Positions 60,823-64,000 of a stretch of DNA of 64,000 nt are shown piece after piece. Numbering within the stretch: position 1 is the first letter of the stretch; each line of letters opens with the position of its first letter. The stretch lies in assembly GCA_048939995.1 (NCBI GenBank), contig JBHLOY010000003.1, positions 320,001-384,000 on the forward strand, in the 5' to 3' direction. A model generated the notes under the pieces. The model had not been told where the DNA came from. It made no database searches and saw only the letters and a list, made by a program, of their open reading frames with translations. Both the position numbers and the translations under genes were made by a program. This DNA is from Promethearchaeota archaeon (GTDB taxonomy: Archaea; Asgardarchaeota; Lokiarchaeia; Sigyniarchaeales; SOKP01).

Positions 60823-62724
60823 TTGAGTTTGACTGAAAGTAACAAGCTTTATTTGTTAAAACTGGGAGGAAGTTTACTAACTGATAAAAATTATCCATTT
60901 TCACTAAGGGAAGATGTAATTGATAGTACAATTGAACAAATTATAAAAAGCCATCAAAATCTAATTCTTATTCATGGTGGAGGATCATTTGGTCATCCAT
61001 TAGCGAAAGAGTTTCAAATTTCTAAAGGTTTCAACCCATTAATTAAGGATCAATTAATTGGTTTGTCAAAAACCCATGAAGCTATGAATAGACTTAATTC
61101 TCTCATTATCAATAAATTTATTGCAAAAAATTATCCCGCAATTTCAATTCAACCATCAACCATATTTATTCAAGATGAGAATACCATCTCTTTCGAATCT
61201 TTTAACTCTATCGACATCATGTTGAATCTAGGCATTCTACCCGTACTATATGGTGATATTTTATTTACTAAAGATGGATCTTTTTCCATACTTTCAGGTG
61301 ATCAAATTATTTTTGAGCTGTGTAAGAAGTATCAGAAATCAATTAAGAAGGTAATCTTTGCTATTGAGGAGGATGGTATATTTATAAAAGATACCGATCA
61401 TAAACAATTAGTCCTAGAAATTGCCTCTAGTGAATTAAATGATATTAAATTAGCAAAATTTGATGAAAAGATAGATGTTACCGGGGGGATTAAAGGAAAG
61501 CTAAAAATAATAAAAAGAATTGCTGAATTGAATATTCCGGTTCAATTGATCAATGGATTGAAAGATGACTATATTTTAAAGGCATTAGGAGATCAAAAAT
61601 TAACTTGTACATATATTAGACCAGATCTAAAGACTCATTTCCATAAAGAAATTCATTCTCGAAAATTGGAGCATCTAAAAATACCTCTAAAACATAATGT
61701 TCAACATTCAAGAAATTATTTTGAAGATATACGATTAATCCATCATCCTCTCCCTGAAATGGATTTTAATGATATAGATCTTTCGACTGACTTCTTTAAT
61801 AAACATATTTCTGCACCTATCTGTATCGCTGCTATAACTGGAGGCCATCCTATTTCTAAAGCAATAAATAGAATTCTAGCCTTAGCTGCTGAATCAGAAA
61901 ATATTATTATGAGCGTTGGGAGTCAAAGAATAGCATTAGAGGATCAATCTACTATAGATTCATTCAAGGTTGTCCGAGATGTAGCTCCTAATATTCCAAT
62001 TATTGGAAATATTGGTATTGGTCAAATAAGTAATCAAGATTTTGATCAAAATCAATTTGAAGAATGTGTAAAAATCATTAATGCTGACGCAATGGCAATT
62101 CATTTTAATGCGTTGCATGAACTAGTACAACGAAATGGAGATCGTTCATACCAAAATTTTCAAGACAATTTTATAAAATTAAAAAAAGGTGCAAAAATTC
62201 CATTAATCGCAAAGGAAGTTGGAACTGGCTTTGATAAAGATTTAGCAATAAAGCTAGATCATTTAGGATTTAATGGATTCGATGTGGGAGGGGCAGGTGG
62301 TACCAGTTTTGCAGCAATTGAGGCAATCCGAGATGACTCCGATTATGAAGTATTTTCAAGAAAAATTGCTAATACATTTAGAGAATGGGGCATTCCAACA
62401 CCAATAAGCATTTTAAATGTGAGAGAGGTTTCAAATAAGTTATTGATAGCTACTGGGGGTTTGAAGACAGGGTTAGATATAGCAAAAAGCATTATATTAG
62501 GAGCAGATATTGGAGGTTTTGCCTATAAATTCCTTCTCTCTGCATGGAAAGATTACAATAGCAATACTACAATCAATACGATTAAAGAAATAAGAACATT
62601 AAAACATGAATTAAAATCTACAATGTGGCTGTTAAATATAAATAATATAGAAAGCCTAAAACAAAGTAAGGATAAATTAATTCTATTAGGGGAATTATAC
62701 CAATGGGTACATCAAAAACCTTGA
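60823..62724 (+). CDS. fni: Fused isopentenyl phosphate kinase + type 2 IPP isomerase (IPK-IDI2/Fni)
   Basis: IPK: KLGGSLLTDK, HGGGSFGH, PVLYGD, SGD, DVTGGI. IDI2: RKLEHL, ITGG, VGSQR, AKEVGTG, GAGGTSF, WGIPT, ATGG. Confidence 0.93.
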   Translation: MSLTESNKLYLLKLGGSLLTDKNYPFSLREDVIDSTIEQIIKSHQNLILIHGGGSFGHPLAKEFQISKGFNPLIKDQLIGLSKTHEAMNRLNSLIINKFIAKNYPAISIQPSTIFIQDENTISFESFNSIDIMLNLGILPVLYGDILFTKDGSFSILSGDQIIFELCKKYQKSIKKVIFAIEEDGIFIKDTDHKQLVLEIASSELNDIKLAKFDEKIDVTGGIKGKLKIIKRIAELNIPVQLINGLKDDYILKALGDQKLTCTYIRPDLKTHFHKEIHSRKLEHLKIPLKHNVQHSRNYFEDIRLIHHPLPEMDFNDIDLSTDFFNKHISAPICIAAITGGHPISKAINRILALAAESENIIMSVGSQRIALEDQSTIDSFKVVRDVAPNIPIIGNIGIGQISNQDFDQNQFEECVKIINADAMAIHFNALHELVQRNGDRSYQNFQDNFIKLKKGAKIPLIAKEVGTGFDKDLAIKLDHLGFNGFDVGGAGGTSFAAIEAIRDDSDYEVFSRKIANTFREWGIPTPISILNVREVSNKLLIATGGLKTGLDIAKSIILGADIGGFAYKFLLSAWKDYNSNTTINTIKEIRTLKHELKSTMWLLNINNIESLKQSKDKLILLGELYQWVHQKP

Positions 62725-62740
62725 ACCATCTGATAAGATA

Positions 62741-63811
62741 TTAGTATACTCTATTCATAACAAAACTTAACAGATCATCAAATAATTCAAATTCTTGTGG
62801 ATTTATATGATCTTTTAAATTATTCAAAGCTGATTTAGCCTTTTGATAATAATTATCAGCCAATTTTTTGCTTGAGTTGATTACATCAGCTTCAATAAAT
62901 AAATTCTTTACCTTTTCAATGTCAAGATTATTAATTTCATCTTTATTTAGAATTCTTCTTAATTTTTTCTGTTTATTCGAATCTAAATTATTTAAGGCTG
63001 TAATTAATAAGCAAGTTTTCTTTCCTTCTCTAATGTCTCCATCAGTAGGTTTTCCCGTAATCTTTTCATCTCCAAACGTCCCCAAAATATCATCAATAAT
63101 TTGGAATACAATGCCAAGATTTATACCGTAAATTGACAAATTTTTTTCATGAATTTTATCAACCTGGGAATAATTTGCTCCAATTAGTAATGCTTTTTCA
63201 ATTAAAGCACTAGTTTTCAAGGAAATCATTTCTATATAATCTTTGATTTCAATCTTTTCTTTATTAACCATATCGATTTCAATTAAGACACCATTAGCTA
63301 TATCGATAAAGGCTTGCTCATAAAGGCTAATAGCTCTGTTATTAAGCTCTTTTCCGAAATCATTAAATAAATAAGCTTCTAGACCCAGAAAGAAAGCTGT
63401 ATCACCACCTATAATTCCTATAGAATTACCAAAATCTATATCATTAGTTTTCTTGAAATTATACCCTTTATGATAATTTTTAAATCTAAAATGAAATGCT
63501 GGATTACCTCTCCGATAATCATCTTTATCAATAATATCATCATGAATTAGTGATGCGTTGTGAAGAAATTCGATACCAACACTTACAGGAACTATTTTAT
63601 CATCTTGCTGTTCTTTGAAGGCATTATATGATGTAATACAGAGTAATGGACGAATTCGTTTGCCTCCAACCAAAAAGTAATCCTTTAATTCATTATAATA
63701 ATCTTTAAGAAATGAATTTTTTAATCTCTGTATTTTATTTTCAAAGATTTGCTTTATAGCTGTATTGATATTCTGTTTATAAATTTTTAAGTATTCTGCG
63801 AACTTCATCAA
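62741..63811 (-). CDS. trans-Polyprenyl diphosphate synthase (GGPP synthase family)
   Basis: GGKRIRP, FARM HNASLIHDDIIDKDDYRRG, KTS, SARM FQIIDDILG, DIREGKKT. Confidence 0.93.
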   Translation of the reverse strand: MMKFAEYLKIYKQNINTAIKQIFENKIQRLKNSFLKDYYNELKDYFLVGGKRIRPLLCITSYNAFKEQQDDKIVPVSVGIEFLHNASLIHDDIIDKDDYRRGNPAFHFRFKNYHKGYNFKKTNDIDFGNSIGIIGGDTAFFLGLEAYLFNDFGKELNNRAISLYEQAFIDIANGVLIEIDMVNKEKIEIKDYIEMISLKTSALIEKALLIGANYSQVDKIHEKNLSIYGINLGIVFQIIDDILGTFGDEKITGKPTDGDIREGKKTCLLITALNNLDSNKQKKLRRILNKDEINNLDIEKVKNLFIEADVINSSKKLADNYYQKAKSALNNLKDHINPQEFELFDDLLSFVMNRVY

Positions 63812-64000
63812 AATTACCTTGATAAAAATTATACCTTAATATGGATAACTAAGAAATGAATTTAAGCTTCGCCAAATTTACAATATTCTTATTCATTTCA
63901 AACTTTCAAGAATATTAATAATTAGTTTGCTTATTTTTCACTATTTAAGTTTAATATTCTAATGGTTGCAATAACATGTGCCTGTAATTCTATCAAGAGC

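Noticed and set aside
3953-63131. Numerous 60-130 aa ORFs antisense to or nested in long genes (e.g. 19368-19691, 21614-21970, 50428-50811, 40666-40860)
   Set aside because: Shadow ORFs of well-supported genes, with no motifs or SD; those in the giant gene simply recur with the repeat.
63932-64000. Possible 3' end of a minus-strand gene at the right edge
   Set aside because: Two frames are open (ALDRITGTCYCNH* and LLIELQAHVIATIRILNLNSEK*); too short to choose or annotate.
1-64000. tRNA/rRNA genes, transposases, integrases
   Set aside because: No GC-rich cloverleaf or rRNA-like tract and no transposase/recombinase motifs were recognised by eye; tRNAscan-SE and ISEScan would be decisive.

Overview
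AT-rich (about 30% GC by eye) archaeal chromosomal segment, most consistent with an Asgard archaeon (Lokiarchaeia-like). The basis is a roadblock/LC7 protein, two longin/uDENN-like proteins, a BRO1-like protein, GGTGA-type Shine-Dalgarno motifs and archaeal lipid genes; this is an inference, no search was run. Left third (1-23.5 kb): a tandem-wHTH/TPR regulator truncated by the window edge, a B12-radical SAM enzyme, TrmB-like and longin-like proteins, two paralogous surface proteins, an SDR, roadblock, a GCS2-ligase/amidohydrolase operon and uppS. Middle (23.9-48.1 kb): one 8077-aa surface protein with about 60 Ig-like 93-aa repeats arranged in 4- and 7-domain super-repeats. Right (51-64 kb): a near-complete archaeal (Aeropyrum-type) modified mevalonate/isoprenoid cluster (GGR, HMGS with DUF35-like tail, LpdD, UbiX, class II HMGR, AMPD, PMDh large/small, MVK, IPK-IDI2 fusion, prenyl-PP synthase). 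Top finding: the mevalonate kinase gene is interrupted inside its conserved GE/H motif by a 31-nt stop-containing insert (59867-59897). The insert folds into a bulge-helix-bulge-like structure whose canonical endonuclease cut sites precisely restore the reading frame, making it a candidate tRNA-endonuclease-spliced mRNA intron in a core metabolic gene. No rRNA, tRNA, CRISPR array or transposase was seen.
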